Shown here: positions 54,701 through 64,000 of the stretch, in pieces
Numbering within the stretch: the first letter of the stretch is position 1
How the letters are laid out: the number at the start of each line of letters is the position of its first letter
NCBI RefSeq assembly: GCF_947568905.1
Contig: NC_079173.1
Span: 29,202,001-29,266,000 of the forward strand
Length of the DNA stretch: 64,000 bases
Direction of reading: 5' to 3'
Source of the DNA: Ostrea edulis
Lineage: Eukaryota
The notes under the pieces: model-generated
What the model was told of the DNA's origin: nothing
Seen by the model: only the letters and a program-made list of their open reading frames with translations
Database searches by the model: none
Made by a program: the position numbers and the translations under genes

Positions 54701-57700
54701 TGGTGTATGTCAACTCAAAAAGCAATTACCAAGACAATTAAAACACAAAAATGGACAGAGAGAAAAGAGACGGAAAGAGACAGACCGACGGACATATCAA
54801 CAGAAAAGTCGAATATGAGGAAAATAGAGAAATAAAACAGCGGGTATACCTTTTTCAATACATGCTTCGATTCCCAAGTTATTGACAGAAATGCTTTCTG
54901 TTTCCTCTGCTTGTGGTTTGAAGACAATCTCTAATGCTTTGCCTTCCAAGCCTGTGAAGTCTGTCTCAACAGTACTCTCCTCACTTGGATTGGTTACGAT
55001 CTGCAAATGTCATACAAAATGCATACATAAAACGTCTCAAACATGAATGAAGATAATCATTTGCATTCAAAATCACTCGGAACTACATCGTACCTCTTCC
55101 TTTCTCAACTCAGTATCCTCTGGAGTTGTAACAATGAAGGTAACGGTTTGTGTATTTTTGGTGGTCACCGTGATCTTTCCTATGGGAGATTTATCATCCT
55201 TGTCTTTAAAGACAATCCTGATTTTCACCTCCTGGCCGGGCTCGCCAGTTACCGTTCCCAGGGTACCATTTAGAGGAGACGAAGTAGGAGACTTATGTTC
55301 GTCAACAAAGACCTCTACCAGATCGGGTAATTCGTCTGTACCAGCATCGTCCAACATGGGAACAGGACAGACTGAAAGAAGGAAAAACTCAAATCTCTCA
55401 ACAAGCATTCTTCTTCTACCTCTACTCCATGTCTTCATTCCAAATTTCATCTTTGTAATCTTAGTCAGTTTCATACAACAATTGCTTTTATTTAGGTGTT
55501 CTTCGACACTCGTACAAATTTGAAACATTTTCAAAGATGTCAGAATTTGAAAAGTTTTAAAAAACATTTAAAAACACATCTTTTAAGACTTGCATATCAT
55601 TAGTATTATAGGTGGTTAATCTTCATGGTTTCTTTACAATCATTTTAACATGACCTTTTCAAGTGTATAATTGTATATTCATTTCAACTATTGTATTTTA
55701 TACCATTTGATTGTACGGCGTGGAACTTTTTTCATGCATATCATGTGTTAGATTTTAGTAATTTTACTTCACATCATTCATGTTTTTCTAGCATTGTTCT
55801 GACATTATCTGTCTTAGTGCTATTATAATTTCCTTTCATTACGTTTATAACATTCTGTATCATTGTTATTGTCTGCAGCGCTTTAGAGTGGCTATTTTTG
55901 GTGTTCCTTTACACATAAGCTTCTAAGGAGGAAAGTTTATAGTCTATTCTTGCCATATTTCGGGTTCTGTACTTCATATCAAAGGGAAATTCTGCTTATA
56001 TAATGCGTTACAATCACCAGCGTTTTATGCAATACAAATGCCAGAAGGTAGTATCCATGTCACATACCGTACGGGCTAGTCGGTGCAGATGGTGAGATTG
56101 TTGTTGAGTAGGGTGGACCTGGTGGTGTGGTAGTCGTTGGTGTGGACACAGTAGTTGGTGTACTAACAGCTTCTGAAAAACAAAAACATGCATCAAATGT
56201 CAAAGTATATCCTCCGGTTTTATTCATTTATGGTGTATGTCAACTCAAAAAGCAATTACCAAGACAATTAAAACACAAAAATGGACAGAGAGAAAAGAGA
56301 CGGAAAGAGACAGACCGACGGACATATCAACAGAAAAGTCGAATATGAGGAAAATAGAGAAATAAAACAGCGGGTATACCTTTTTCAATACATGCTTCGA
56401 TTCCCAAGTTATTGACAGAAATGCTTTCTGTTTCCTCTGCTTGTGGTTTGAAGACAATCTCTAATGCTTTGCCTTCCAAGCCTGTGAAGTCTGTCTCAAC
56501 AGTACTCTCCTCACTTGGATTGGTTACGATCTGCAAATGTCATACAAAATGCATACATAAAACGTCTCAAACATGAATGAAGATAATCATTTGCATTCAA
56601 AATCACTCGGAACTACATCGTACCTCTTCCTTTCTCAACTCAGTATCCTCTGGAGTTGTAACAATGAAGGTAACGGTTTGTGTATTTTTGGTGGTCACCG
56701 TGATCTTTCCTATGGGAGATTTATCATCCTTGTCTTTAAAGACAATCCTGATTTTCACCTCCTGGCCGGGCTCGCCAGTTACCGTTCCCAGGGTACCATT
56801 TAGAGGAGACGAAGTAGGAGACTTATGTTCGTCAACAAAGACCTCTACCAGATCGGGTAATTCGTCTGTACCAGCATCGTCCAACATGGGAACAGGACAG
56901 ACTGAAAGAAGGAAAAACTCAAATCTCTCAACAAGCATTCTTCTTCTACCTCTACTCCATGTCTTCATTCCAAATTTCATCTTTGTAATCTTAGTCAGTT
57001 TCATACAACAATTGCTTTTATTTAGGTGTTCTTCGACACTCGTACAAATTTGAAACATTTTCAAAGATGTCAGAATTTGAAAAGTTTTAAAAAACATTTA
57101 AAAACACATCTTTTAAGACTTGCATATCATTAGTATTATAGGTGGTTAATCTTCATGGTTTCTTTACAATCATTTTAACATGACCTTTTCAAGTGTATAA
57201 TTGTATATTCATTTCAACTATTGTATTTTATACCATTTGATTGTACGGCGTGGAACTTTTTTCATGCATATCATGTGTTAGATTTTAGTAATTTTACTTC
57301 ACATCATTCATGTTTTTCTAGCATTGTTCTGACATTATCTGTCTTAGTGCTATTATAATTTCCTTTCATTACGTTTATAACATTCTGTATCATTGTTATT
57401 GTCTGCAGCGCTTTAGAGTGGCTATTTTTGGTGTTCCTTTACACATAAGCTTCTAAGGAGGAAAGTTTATAGTCTATTCTTGCCATATTTCGGGTTCTGT
57501 ACTTCATATCAAAGGGAAATTCTGCTTATATAATGCGTTACAATCACCAGCGTTTTATGCAATACAAATGCCAGAAGGTAGTATCCATGTCACATACCGT
57601 ACGGGCTAGTCGGTGCAGATGGTGAGATTGTTGTTGAGTAGGGTGGACCTGGTGGTGTGGTAGTCGTTGGTGTGGACACAGTAGTTGGTGTACTAACAGC

Positions 57701-60700
57701 TTCTGAAAAACAAAAACATGCATCAAATGTCAAAGTATATCCTCCGGTTTTATTCATTTATGGTGTATGTCAACTCAAAAAGCAATTACCAAGACAATTA
57801 AAACACAAAAATGGACAGAGAGAAAAGAGACGGAAAGAGACAGACCGACGGACATATCAACAGAAAAGTCGAATATGAGGAAAATAGAGAAATAAAACAG
57901 CGGGTATACCTTTTTCAATACATGCTTCGATTCCCAAGTTATTGACAGAAATGCTTTCTGTTTCCTCTGCTTGTGGTTTGAAGACAATCTCTAATGCTTT
58001 GCCTTCCAAGCCTGTGAAGTCTGTCTCAACAGTACTCTCCTCACTTGGATTGGTTACGATCTGCAAATGTCATACAAAATGCATACATAAAACGTCTCAA
58101 ACATGAATGAAGATAATCATTTGCATTCAAAATCACTCGGAACTACATCGTACCTCTTCCTTTCTCAACTCAGTATCCTCTGGAGTTGTAACAATGAAGG
58201 TAACGGTTTGTGTATTTTTGGTGGTCACCGTGATCTTTCCTATGGGAGATTTATCATCCTTGTCTTTAAAGACAATCCTGATTTTCACCTCCTGGCCGGG
58301 CTCGCCAGTTACCGTTCCCAGGGTACCATTTAGAGGAGACGAAGTAGGAGACTTATGTTCGTCAACAAAGACCTCTACCAGATCGGGTAATTCGTCTGTA
58401 CCAGCATCGTCCAACATGGGAACAGGACAGACTGAAAGAAGGAAAAACTCAAATCTCTCAACAAGCATTCTTCTTCTACCTCTACTCCATGTCTTCATTC
58501 CAAATTTCATCTTTGTAATCTTAGTCAGTTTCATACAACAATTGCTTTTATTTAGGTGTTCTTCGACACTCGTACAAATTTGAAACATTTTCAAAGATGT
58601 CAGAATTTGAAAAGTTTTAAAAAACATTTAAAAACACATCTTTTAAGACTTGCATATCATTAGTATTATAGGTGGTTAATCTTCATGGTTTCTTTACAAT
58701 CATTTTAACATGACCTTTTCAAGTGTATAATTGTATATTCATTTCAACTATTGTATTTTATACCATTTGATTGTACGGCGTGGAACTTTTTTCATGCATA
58801 TCATGTGTTAGATTTTAGTAATTTTACTTCACATCATTCATGTTTTTCTAGCATTGTTCTGACATTATCTGTCTTAGTGCTATTATAATTTCCTTTCATT
58901 ACGTTTATAACATTCTGTATCATTGTTATTGTCTGCAGCGCTTTAGAGTGGCTATTTTTGGTGTTCCTTTACACATAAGCTTCTAAGGAGGAAAGTTTAT
59001 AGTCTATTCTTGCCATATTTCGGGTTCTGTACTTCATATCAAAGGGAAATTCTGCTTATATAATGCGTTACAATCACCAGCGTTTTATGCAATACAAATG
59101 CCAGAAGGTAGTATCCATGTCACATACCGTACGGGCTAGTCGGTGCAGATGGTGAGATTGTTGTTGAGTAGGGTGGACCTGGTGGTGTGGTAGTCGTTGG
59201 TGTGGACACAGTAGTTGGTGTACTAACAGCTTCTGAAAAACAAAAACATGCATCAAATGTCAAAGTATATCCTCCGGTTTTATTCATTTATGGTGTATGT
59301 CAACTCAAAAAGCAATTACCAAGACAATTAAAACACAAAAATGGACAGAGAGAAAAGAGACGGAAAGAGACAGACCGACGGACATATCAACAGAAAAGTC
59401 GAATATGAGGAAAATAGAGAAATAAAACAGCGGGTATACCTTTTTCAATACATGCTTCGATTCCCAAGTTATTGACAGAAATGCTTTCTGTTTCCTCTGC
59501 TTGTGGTTTGAAGACAATCTCTAATGCTTTGCCTTCCAAGCCTGTGAAGTCTGTCTCAACAGTACTCTCCTCACTTGGATTGGTTACGATCTGCAAATGT
59601 CATACAAAATGCATACATAAAACGTCTCAAACATGAATGAAGATAATCATTTGCATTCAAAATCACTCGGAACTACATCGTACCTCTTCCTTTCTCAACT
59701 CAGTATCCTCTGGAGTTGTAACAATGAAGGTAACGGTTTGTGTATTTTTGGTGGTCACCGTGATCTTTCCTATGGGAGATTTATCATCCTTGTCTTTAAA
59801 GACAATCCTGATTTTCACCTCCTGGCCGGGCTCGCCAGTTACCGTTCCCAGGGTACCATTTAGAGGAGACGAAGTAGGAGACTTATGTTCGTCAACAAAG
59901 ACCTCTACCAGATCGGGTAATTCGTCTGTACCTGCATCGTCCAACATGGGAACAGGACAGACTGAAAGAAGGAAAAACTCAAATCTCTCAACAAGCATTC
60001 TTCTTCTACCTCTACTCCATGTCTTCATTCCAAATTTCATCTTTGTAATCTTAGTCAGTTTCATACAACAATTGCTTTTATTTAGGTGTTCTTCGACACT
60101 CGTACAAATTTGAAACATTTTCAAAGATGTCAGAATTTGAAAAGTTTTAAAAAACATTTAAAAACACATCTTTTAAGACTTGCATATCATTAGTATTATA
60201 GGTGGTTAATCTTCATGGTTTCTTTACAATCATTTTAACATGACCTTTTCAAGTGTATAATTGTATATTCATTTCAACTATTGTATTTTATACCATTTGA
60301 TTGTACGGCGTGGAACTTTTTTCATGCATATCATGTGTTAGATTTTAGTAATTTTACTTCACATCATTCATGTTTTTCTAGCATTGTTCTGACATTATCT
60401 GTCTTAGTGCTATTATAATTTCCTTTCATTACGTTTATAACATTCTGTATCATTGTTATTGTCTGCAGCGCTTTAGAGTGGCTATTTTTGGTGTTCCTTT
60501 ACACATAAGCTTCTAAGGAGGAAAGTTTATAGTCTATTCTTGCCATATTTCGGGTTCTGTACTTCATATCAAAGGGAAATTCTGCTTATATAATGCGTTA
60601 CAATCACCAGCGTTTTATGCAATACAAATGCCAGAAGGTAGTATCCATGTCACATACCGTACGGGCTAGTCGGTGCAGATGGTGAGATTGTTGTTGAGTA

Positions 60701-63700
60701 GGGTGGACCTGGTGGTGTGGTAGTCGTTGGTGTGGACACAGTAGTTGGTGTACTAACAGCTTCTGAAAAACAAAAACATGCATCAAATGTCAAAGTATAT
60801 CCTCCGGTTTTATTCATTTATGGTGTATGTCAACTCAAAAAGCAATTACCAAGACAATTAAAACACAAAAATGGACAGAGAGAAAAGAGACGGAAAGAGA
60901 CAGACCGACGGACATATCAACAGAAAAGTCGAATATGAGGAAAATAGAGAAATAAAACAGCGGGTATACCTTTTTCAATACATGCTTCGATTCCCAAGTT
61001 ATTGACAGAAATGCTTTCTGTTTCCTCTGCTTGTGGTTTGAAGACAATCTCTAATGCTTTGCCTTCCAAGCCTGTGAAGTCTGTCTCAACAGTACTCTCC
61101 TCACTTGGATTGGTTACGATCTGCAAATGTCATACAAAATGCATACATAAAACGTCTCAAACATGAATGAAGATAATCATTTGCATTCAAAATCACTCGG
61201 AACTACATCGTACCTCTTCCTTTCTCAACTCAGTATCCTCTGGAGTTGTAACAATGAAGGTAACGGTTTGTGTATTTTTGGTGGTCACCGTGATCTTTCC
61301 TATGGGAGATTTATCATCCTTGTCTTTAAAGACAATCCTGATTTTCACCTCCTGGCCGGGCTCGCCAGTTACCGTTCCCAGGGTACCATTTAGAGGAGAC
61401 GAAGTAGGAGACTTATGTTCGTCAACAAAGACCTCTACCAGATCGGGTAATTCGTCTGTACCAGCATCGTCCAACATGGGAACAGGACAGACTGAAAGAA
61501 GGAAAAACTCAAATCTCTCAACAAGCATTCTTCTTCTACCTCTACTCCATGTCTTCATTCCAAATTTCATCTTTGTAATCTTAGTCAGTTTCATACAACA
61601 ATTGCTTTTATTTAGGTGTTCTTCGACACTCGTACAAATTTGAAACATTTTCAAAGATGTCAGAATTTGAAAAGTTTTAAAAAACATTTAAAAACACATC
61701 TTTTAAGACTTGCATATCATTAGTATTATAGGTGGTTAATCTTCATGGTTTCTTTACAATCATTTTAACATGACCTTTTCAAGTGTATAATTGTATATTC
61801 ATTTCAACTATTGTATTTTATACCATTTGATTGTACGGCGTGGAACTTTTTTCATGCATATCATGTGTTAGATTTTAGTAATTTTACTTCACATCATTCA
61901 TGTTTTTCTAGCATTGTTCTGACATTATCTGTCTTAGTGCTATTATAATTTCCTTTCATTACGTTTATAACATTCTGTATCATTGTTATTGTCTGCAGCG
62001 CTTTAGAGTGGCTATTTTTGGTGTTCCTTTACACATAAGCTTCTAAGGAGGAAAGTTTATAGTCTATTCTTGCCATATTTCGGGTTCTGTACTTCATATC
62101 AAAGGGAAATTCTGCTTATATAATGCGTTACAATCACCAGCGTTTTATGCAATACAAATGCCAGAAGGTAGTATCCATGTCACATACCGTACGGGCTAGT
62201 CGGTGCAGATGGTGAGATTGTTGTTGAGTAGGGTGGACCTGGTGGTGTGGTAGTCGTTGGTGTGGACACAGTAGTTGGTGTACTAACAGCTTCTGAAAAA
62301 CAAAAACATGCATCAAATGTCAAAGTATATCCTCCGGTTTTATTCATTTATGGTGTATGTCAACTCAAAAAGCAATTACCAAGACAATTAAAACACAAAA
62401 ATGGACAGAGAGAAAAGAGACGGAAAGAGACAGACCGACGGACATATCAACAGAAAAGTCGAATATGAGGAAAATAGAGAAATAAAACAGCGGGTATACC
62501 TTTTTCAATACATGCTTCGATTCCCAAGTTATTGACAGAAATGCTTTCTGTTTCCTCTGCTTGTGGTTTGAAGACAATCTCTAATGCTTTGCCTTCCAAG
62601 CCTGTGAAGTCTGTCTCAACAGTACTCTCCTCACTTGGATTGGTTACGATCTGCAAATGTCATACAAAATGCATACATAAAACGTCTCAAACATGAATGA
62701 AGATAATCATTTGCATTCAAAATCACTCGGAACTACATCGTACCTCTTCCTTTCTCAACTCAGTATCCTCTGGAGTTGTAACAATGAAGGTAACGGTTTG
62801 TGTATTTTTGGTGGTCACCGTGATCTTTCCTATGGGAGATTTATCATCCTTGTCTTTAAAGACAATCCTGATTTTCACCTCCTGGCCGGGCTCGCCAGTT
62901 ACCGTTCCCAGGGTACCATTTAGAGGAGACGAAGTAGGAGACTTATGTTCGTCAACAAAGACCTCTACCAGATCGGGTAATTCGTCTGTACCAGCATCGT
63001 CCAACATGGGAACAGGACAGACTGAAAGAAGGAAAAACTCAAATCTCTCAACAAGCATTCTTCTTCTACCTCTACTCCATGTCTTCATTCCAAATTTCAT
63101 CTTTGTAATCTTAGTCAGTTTCATACAACAATTGCTTTTATTTAGGTGTTCTTCGACACTCGTACAAATTTGAAACATTTTCAAAGATGTCAGAATTTGA
63201 AAAGTTTTAAAAAACATTTAAAAACACATCTTTTAAGACTTGCATATCATTAGTATTATAGGTGGTTAATCTTCATGGTTTCTTTACAATCATTTTAACA
63301 TGACCTTTTCAAGTGTATAATTGTATATTCATTTCAACTATTGTATTTTATACCATTTGATTGTACGGCGTGGAACTTTTTTCATGCATATCATGTGTTA
63401 GATTTTAGTAATTTTACTTCACATCATTCATGTTTTTCTAGCATTGTTCTGACATTATCTGTCTTAGTGCTATTATAATTTCCTTTCATTACGTTTATAA
63501 CATTCTGTATCATTGTTATTGTCTGCAGCGCTTTAGAGTGGCTATTTTTGGTGTTCCTTTACACATAAGCTTCTAAGGAGGAAAGTTTATAGTCTATTCT
63601 TGCCATATTTCGGGTTCTGTACTTCATATCAAAGGGAAATTCTGCTTATATAATGCGTTACAATCACCAGCGTTTTATGCAATACAAATGCCAGAAGGTA

Positions 63701-63822
63701 GTATCCATGTCACATACCGTACGGGCTAGTCGGTGCAGATGGTGAGATTGTTGTTGAGTAGGGTGGACCTGGTGGTGTGGTAGTCGTTGGTGTGGACACA
63801 GTAGTTGGTGTACTAACAGCTT
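424..63822 (-). CDS. Giant multi-exon mucin-like glycoprotein gene (partial, open at both window ends): tandem Cys-bounded domains plus (VTPS)n PTS tracts
   Basis: About 75 exons with GT-AG boundaries and matching phases can be chained without an internal stop, about 22.6 kb in total. Thr/Ser/Pro-rich tracts are typical of O-glycosylated mucins. No start or stop is seen. Confidence 0.85.
2897..4012 (-). CDS. PTS exon, [15 protein letters not shown](VTPS)n, 1116 nt, phase 1-1
   Basis: Acceptor tattgcag|TATCACC, donor CCATCAG|gtacac. Confidence 0.85.
5132..5299 (-). CDS. Non-repetitive Thr/Ser/Pro linker exon ([21 protein letters not shown]...), 168 nt, phase 1-1
   Basis: Acceptor ggacag|GAACAAC, donor TTCAG|gtcagt, open frame. 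Confidence 0.8.
5331..5410. repeat. (TC)40 microsatellite
   Basis: Perfect dinucleotide run. Confidence 0.98.
5888..6023 (-). CDS. C-terminal exon of diverged Cys-bounded domain ([13 protein letters not shown]...[11 protein letters not shown]), phase 0-1
   Basis: Acceptor gtttttag|GAAGTA, donor ACTG|gtaagg, 136 nt. The phase matches the 7330-7601 exon. Confidence 0.8.
6817..7134. mobile_element. TTAA-flanked MITE (Kolobok- or piggyBac-like) with an internal tRNA-like segment
   Basis: TTAA at 6813-6816 and 7135-7138, imperfect TIRs GGAGGTACTCTACATC / GGAGGTATGCTACACC, and A-box/B-box-like motifs at ~6925-6980. Confidence 0.7.
7330..7601 (-). CDS. N-terminal exon of diverged Cys-bounded domain ([18 protein letters not shown]...ATLYT), phase 1-0
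   Basis: Acceptor catggcag|GAAAT, donor ACG|gtactg, 272 nt, lies within ORF 7237-7608. Confidence 0.8.
7770..8034 (-). mobile_element. SINE-like interspersed repeat with an (AATC)n tail
   Basis: GC-richer island with a short tandem tail. The core CCCGTGTCACAGCAGGAGTGGCACGATAAAGATCCC recalls bivalve V/Meta-type SINE cores (from memory, unverified). A partial second copy lies at ~8070-8110. Confidence 0.55.
8169..8405 (-). CDS. Degenerate PTS exon (GTPS/VTPS...TTPRSTT), 237 nt, phase 1-1
   Basis: Acceptor taaatag|GTACTCC. The donor ACAG|gttcat is weak. Confidence 0.7.
10056..13019 (-). CDS. Very large PTS exon, 2964 nt (988 codons), phase 1-1
   Basis: Acceptor aatgaatag|GCACACC, donor CCATCAG|gtacac, open frame (ORF 10045-12894). 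Confidence 0.85.
13369..14200. repeat. ~166-bp HindIII-type satellite (about 5 diverged monomers) resembling oyster Cg170/HindIII satDNA in a Helentron-like element
   Basis: AAGCTT-like motif at 13531, 13696, 13862, 14035, 14194, preceded by a left segment ACAAAAGGCCCATGGCCACATCGCTCA. Confidence 0.7.
14570..14920. mobile_element. Interspersed repeat (TGAAAGGTGAAGATAACGAACAGTGATCAATCTC...), family unassigned
   Basis: Further copies at ~6535-6800, ~8465-8690, an inverted fragment at ~9183-9250, ~33160-33420, and one in each cassette intron (e.g. ~16550-16866). Confidence 0.7.
15640..15702. repeat. (GA)n microsatellite, ~31 units
   Basis: Perfect dinucleotide run. Confidence 0.98.
15969..16322 (-). 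CDS. PTS cassette exon, 354 nt
   Basis: aaaaag|CCACACC ... CCATCAG|gtagac. Confidence 0.75.
17150..18235 (-). CDS. PTS cassette exon, 1086 nt
   Basis: Conserved cassette splice sites, phase 1-1. Confidence 0.8.
19062..19421 (-). CDS. PTS cassette exon, 360 nt
   Basis: Conserved cassette splice sites, phase 1-1. Confidence 0.8.
20249..21484 (-). CDS. PTS cassette exon, 1236 nt
   Basis: Conserved cassette splice sites, phase 1-1. Confidence 0.8.
22311..22706 (-). CDS. PTS cassette exon, 396 nt
   Basis: Conserved cassette splice sites, phase 1-1. Confidence 0.8.
23527..23886 (-). CDS. PTS cassette exon, 360 nt
   Basis: Conserved cassette splice sites, phase 1-1. Confidence 0.8.
24712..25269 (-). 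CDS. PTS cassette exon, 558 nt
   Basis: Conserved cassette splice sites, phase 1-1. Confidence 0.8.
26096..26899 (-). CDS. PTS cassette exon, 804 nt
   Basis: Conserved cassette splice sites, phase 1-1. Confidence 0.8.
27728..28111 (-). CDS. PTS cassette exon, 384 nt
   Basis: Conserved cassette splice sites, phase 1-1. Confidence 0.8.
28938..29243 (-). CDS. PTS cassette exon, 306 nt
   Basis: Variant donor CCATCAG|gtattc, phase 1-1. Confidence 0.75.
30069..30728 (-). CDS. PTS cassette exon, 660 nt
   Basis: Conserved cassette splice sites, phase 1-1. Confidence 0.8.
31555..31758 (-). CDS. PTS cassette exon, 204 nt
   Basis: Variant donor CCATCAG|gtactc, phase 1-1. Confidence 0.75.
32118..32926 (-). 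pseudogene. Damaged PTS exon: the canonical donor is deleted and the frame reads into TAG at 32118-32120 (pseudo-exon, or exon shortened through an internal donor)
   Basis: The acceptor aactag|CCACAAG is intact. The repeat is fused directly to mid-intron sequence at ~32141. The repeat carries many degenerate codons. Confidence 0.65.
33694..33801 (-). CDS. Short PTS exon, 108 nt, phase 1-1
   Basis: Acceptor ttaatag|GCACACC, donor CCATCAG|gtacac. Confidence 0.8.
33890..34265. mobile_element. Possible degenerate non-autonomous Helitron/Helentron-like fragment
   Basis: The end ACGACGGA...GCAGTAGGTCAATCGAGTTTACTTAAGTGGCCCAAAA recalls oyster non-autonomous element termini. This is recognition from memory only. 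Confidence 0.3.
34291..34320 (-). CDS. 30-nt Thr-rich mini-exon (ATTTTMTTK), phase 1-1
   Basis: Acceptor tttccag|, strong donor AAAA|gtaagt. Confidence 0.7.
34981..35502 (-). CDS. Terminal (most diverged) Cys-bounded domain copy, exons 35225-35502 and 34981-35131
   Basis: VCPVPMLDD...LRKEE|IVTNPSEE...IEACIEK, phases 1-0-1, 93-nt intron. Confidence 0.85.
35793..37324 (-). mobile_element. Tc1/mariner DNA transposon (DD34E), 1532 bp, inserted in an intron
   Basis: ~26-bp TIRs TACTCAACAAA(C/A)AAAGAAA(C/G)GCATAT and a TA duplication (35791-35792, 37325-37326). The empty site is present in sister modules. Confidence 0.92.
36012..37031 (-). pseudogene. Tc1 transposase with one premature stop (TGA at 36177-36179)
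   Basis: Motifs [26 protein letters not shown] with 34 residues between D and E. The frame continues past the TGA to ...NGGHTRY* at 36012, giving 339 aa if repaired. Confidence 0.9.
37394..38227 (-). CDS. Module 1: exons 37950-38227, 37706-37856 (domain) and 37394-37498 (PT linker)
   Basis: 278+151+105 nt, GT-AG, phases 1-0-1-1. Confidence 0.85.
38394..38808 (+). mobile_element. 5'-truncated non-LTR (L2/CR1-like) 3'-end fragment, carried by all later modules
   Basis: 415 bp absent from the terminal module and flanked by AAAGA direct repeats. It ends in a GCGCTTTA...TAGGGCGC hairpin, TATATAAATAAA and an ATT-rich tail. Confidence 0.6.
39003..39835 (-). CDS. Module 2: exons 39558-39835, 39314-39464, 39003-39107
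   Basis: Same three-exon structure. Confidence 0.85.
40534..41367 (-). CDS. Module 3: exons 41090-41367, 40846-40996, 40534-40638
   Basis: Same three-exon structure. Confidence 0.85.
42143..42975 (-). CDS. Module 4: exons 42698-42975, 42454-42604, 42143-42247
   Basis: Same three-exon structure. Confidence 0.85.
43674..44507 (-). CDS. Module 5: exons 44230-44507, 43986-44136, 43674-43778
   Basis: Same three-exon structure. Confidence 0.85.
45283..46115 (-). CDS. Module 6: exons 45838-46115, 45594-45744, 45283-45387
   Basis: Same three-exon structure. Confidence 0.85.
46814..47646 (-). CDS. Module 7: exons 47369-47646, 47125-47275, 46814-46918
   Basis: Same three-exon structure. Confidence 0.85.
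48422..49254 (-). CDS. Module 8: exons 48977-49254, 48733-48883, 48422-48526
   Basis: Same three-exon structure, with a private L>W change (TGWEG). Confidence 0.85.
49951..50781 (-). CDS. Module 9: exons 50504-50781, 50260-50410, 49951-50055
   Basis: Same three-exon structure. Confidence 0.85.
51478..63822 (-). CDS. Modules 10-17 plus the linker exon of module 18 (63718-63822). First module exons are 52034-52311, 51790-51940 and 51478-51582, then every +1530 bp.
   Basis: ORF track repeats at an exact 1530-bp period with identical translations. Confidence 0.85.
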
Positions 63823-64000
63823 CTGAAAAACAAAAACATGCATCAAATGTCAAAGTATATCCTCCGGTTTTATTCATTTATGGTGTATGTCAACTCAAAA
63901 AGCAATTACCAAGACAATTAAAACACAAAAATGGACAGAGAGAAAAGAGACGGAAAGAGACAGACCGACGGACATATCAACAGAAAAGTCGAATATGAGG

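Larger units (their letters stand above)
34981..64000. repeat. Genomic tandem array of the three-exon module (1.53-1.61 kb units, at least 18 copies, runs off the window)
   Basis: Periods 1608/1531 alternate from 37.4 to 49.9 kb, then 1530 from 51.4 kb. Confidence 0.95.

Noticed and set aside
35174-63998. Recurrent small ORFs in the module array (MNEDNHL..., MKIIIC..., MMHVFV..., MVVVGV..., MRFTRY...)
   Set aside because: They are antisense or intron-spanning frames that recur only because the DNA unit recurs.

Overview
Eukaryotic, AT-rich genomic DNA, most likely an oyster (Crassostrea/Magallana-type repeats; inferred). The whole window lies inside one giant spliced gene on the minus strand, with neither its start nor its stop in view. 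I traced about 75 GT-AG exons with consistent phases, totalling about 22.6 kb of coding sequence (about 7,500 aa). In transcript order the protein reads as follows. First come at least 18 tandem three-exon modules (35-aa Pro/Thr linker plus a ~143-aa two-cysteine beta-rich domain), in a 1.53-1.61 kb genomic tandem array at 35-64 kb. Next is a ~3,300-aa (VTPS)n mucin-type tract split over 15 symmetric exons, 12 of which form an exon+~826-bp-intron cassette array at 16-32 kb. Then comes one diverged copy of the two-cysteine domain (5.9-7.6 kb) and further VTPS exons. The introns contain a full-length Tc1 transposon with one nonsense codon, an L2-like 3' fragment, a TTAA-flanked MITE with a tRNA-like core, a SINE-like element, a ~166-bp HindIII-type satellite and microsatellites. 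The long plus-strand GVTLGVTD ORFs are antisense shadows of the repeat. Exon structure is predicted from sequence only, with no transcript evidence, and the product name is inferred.
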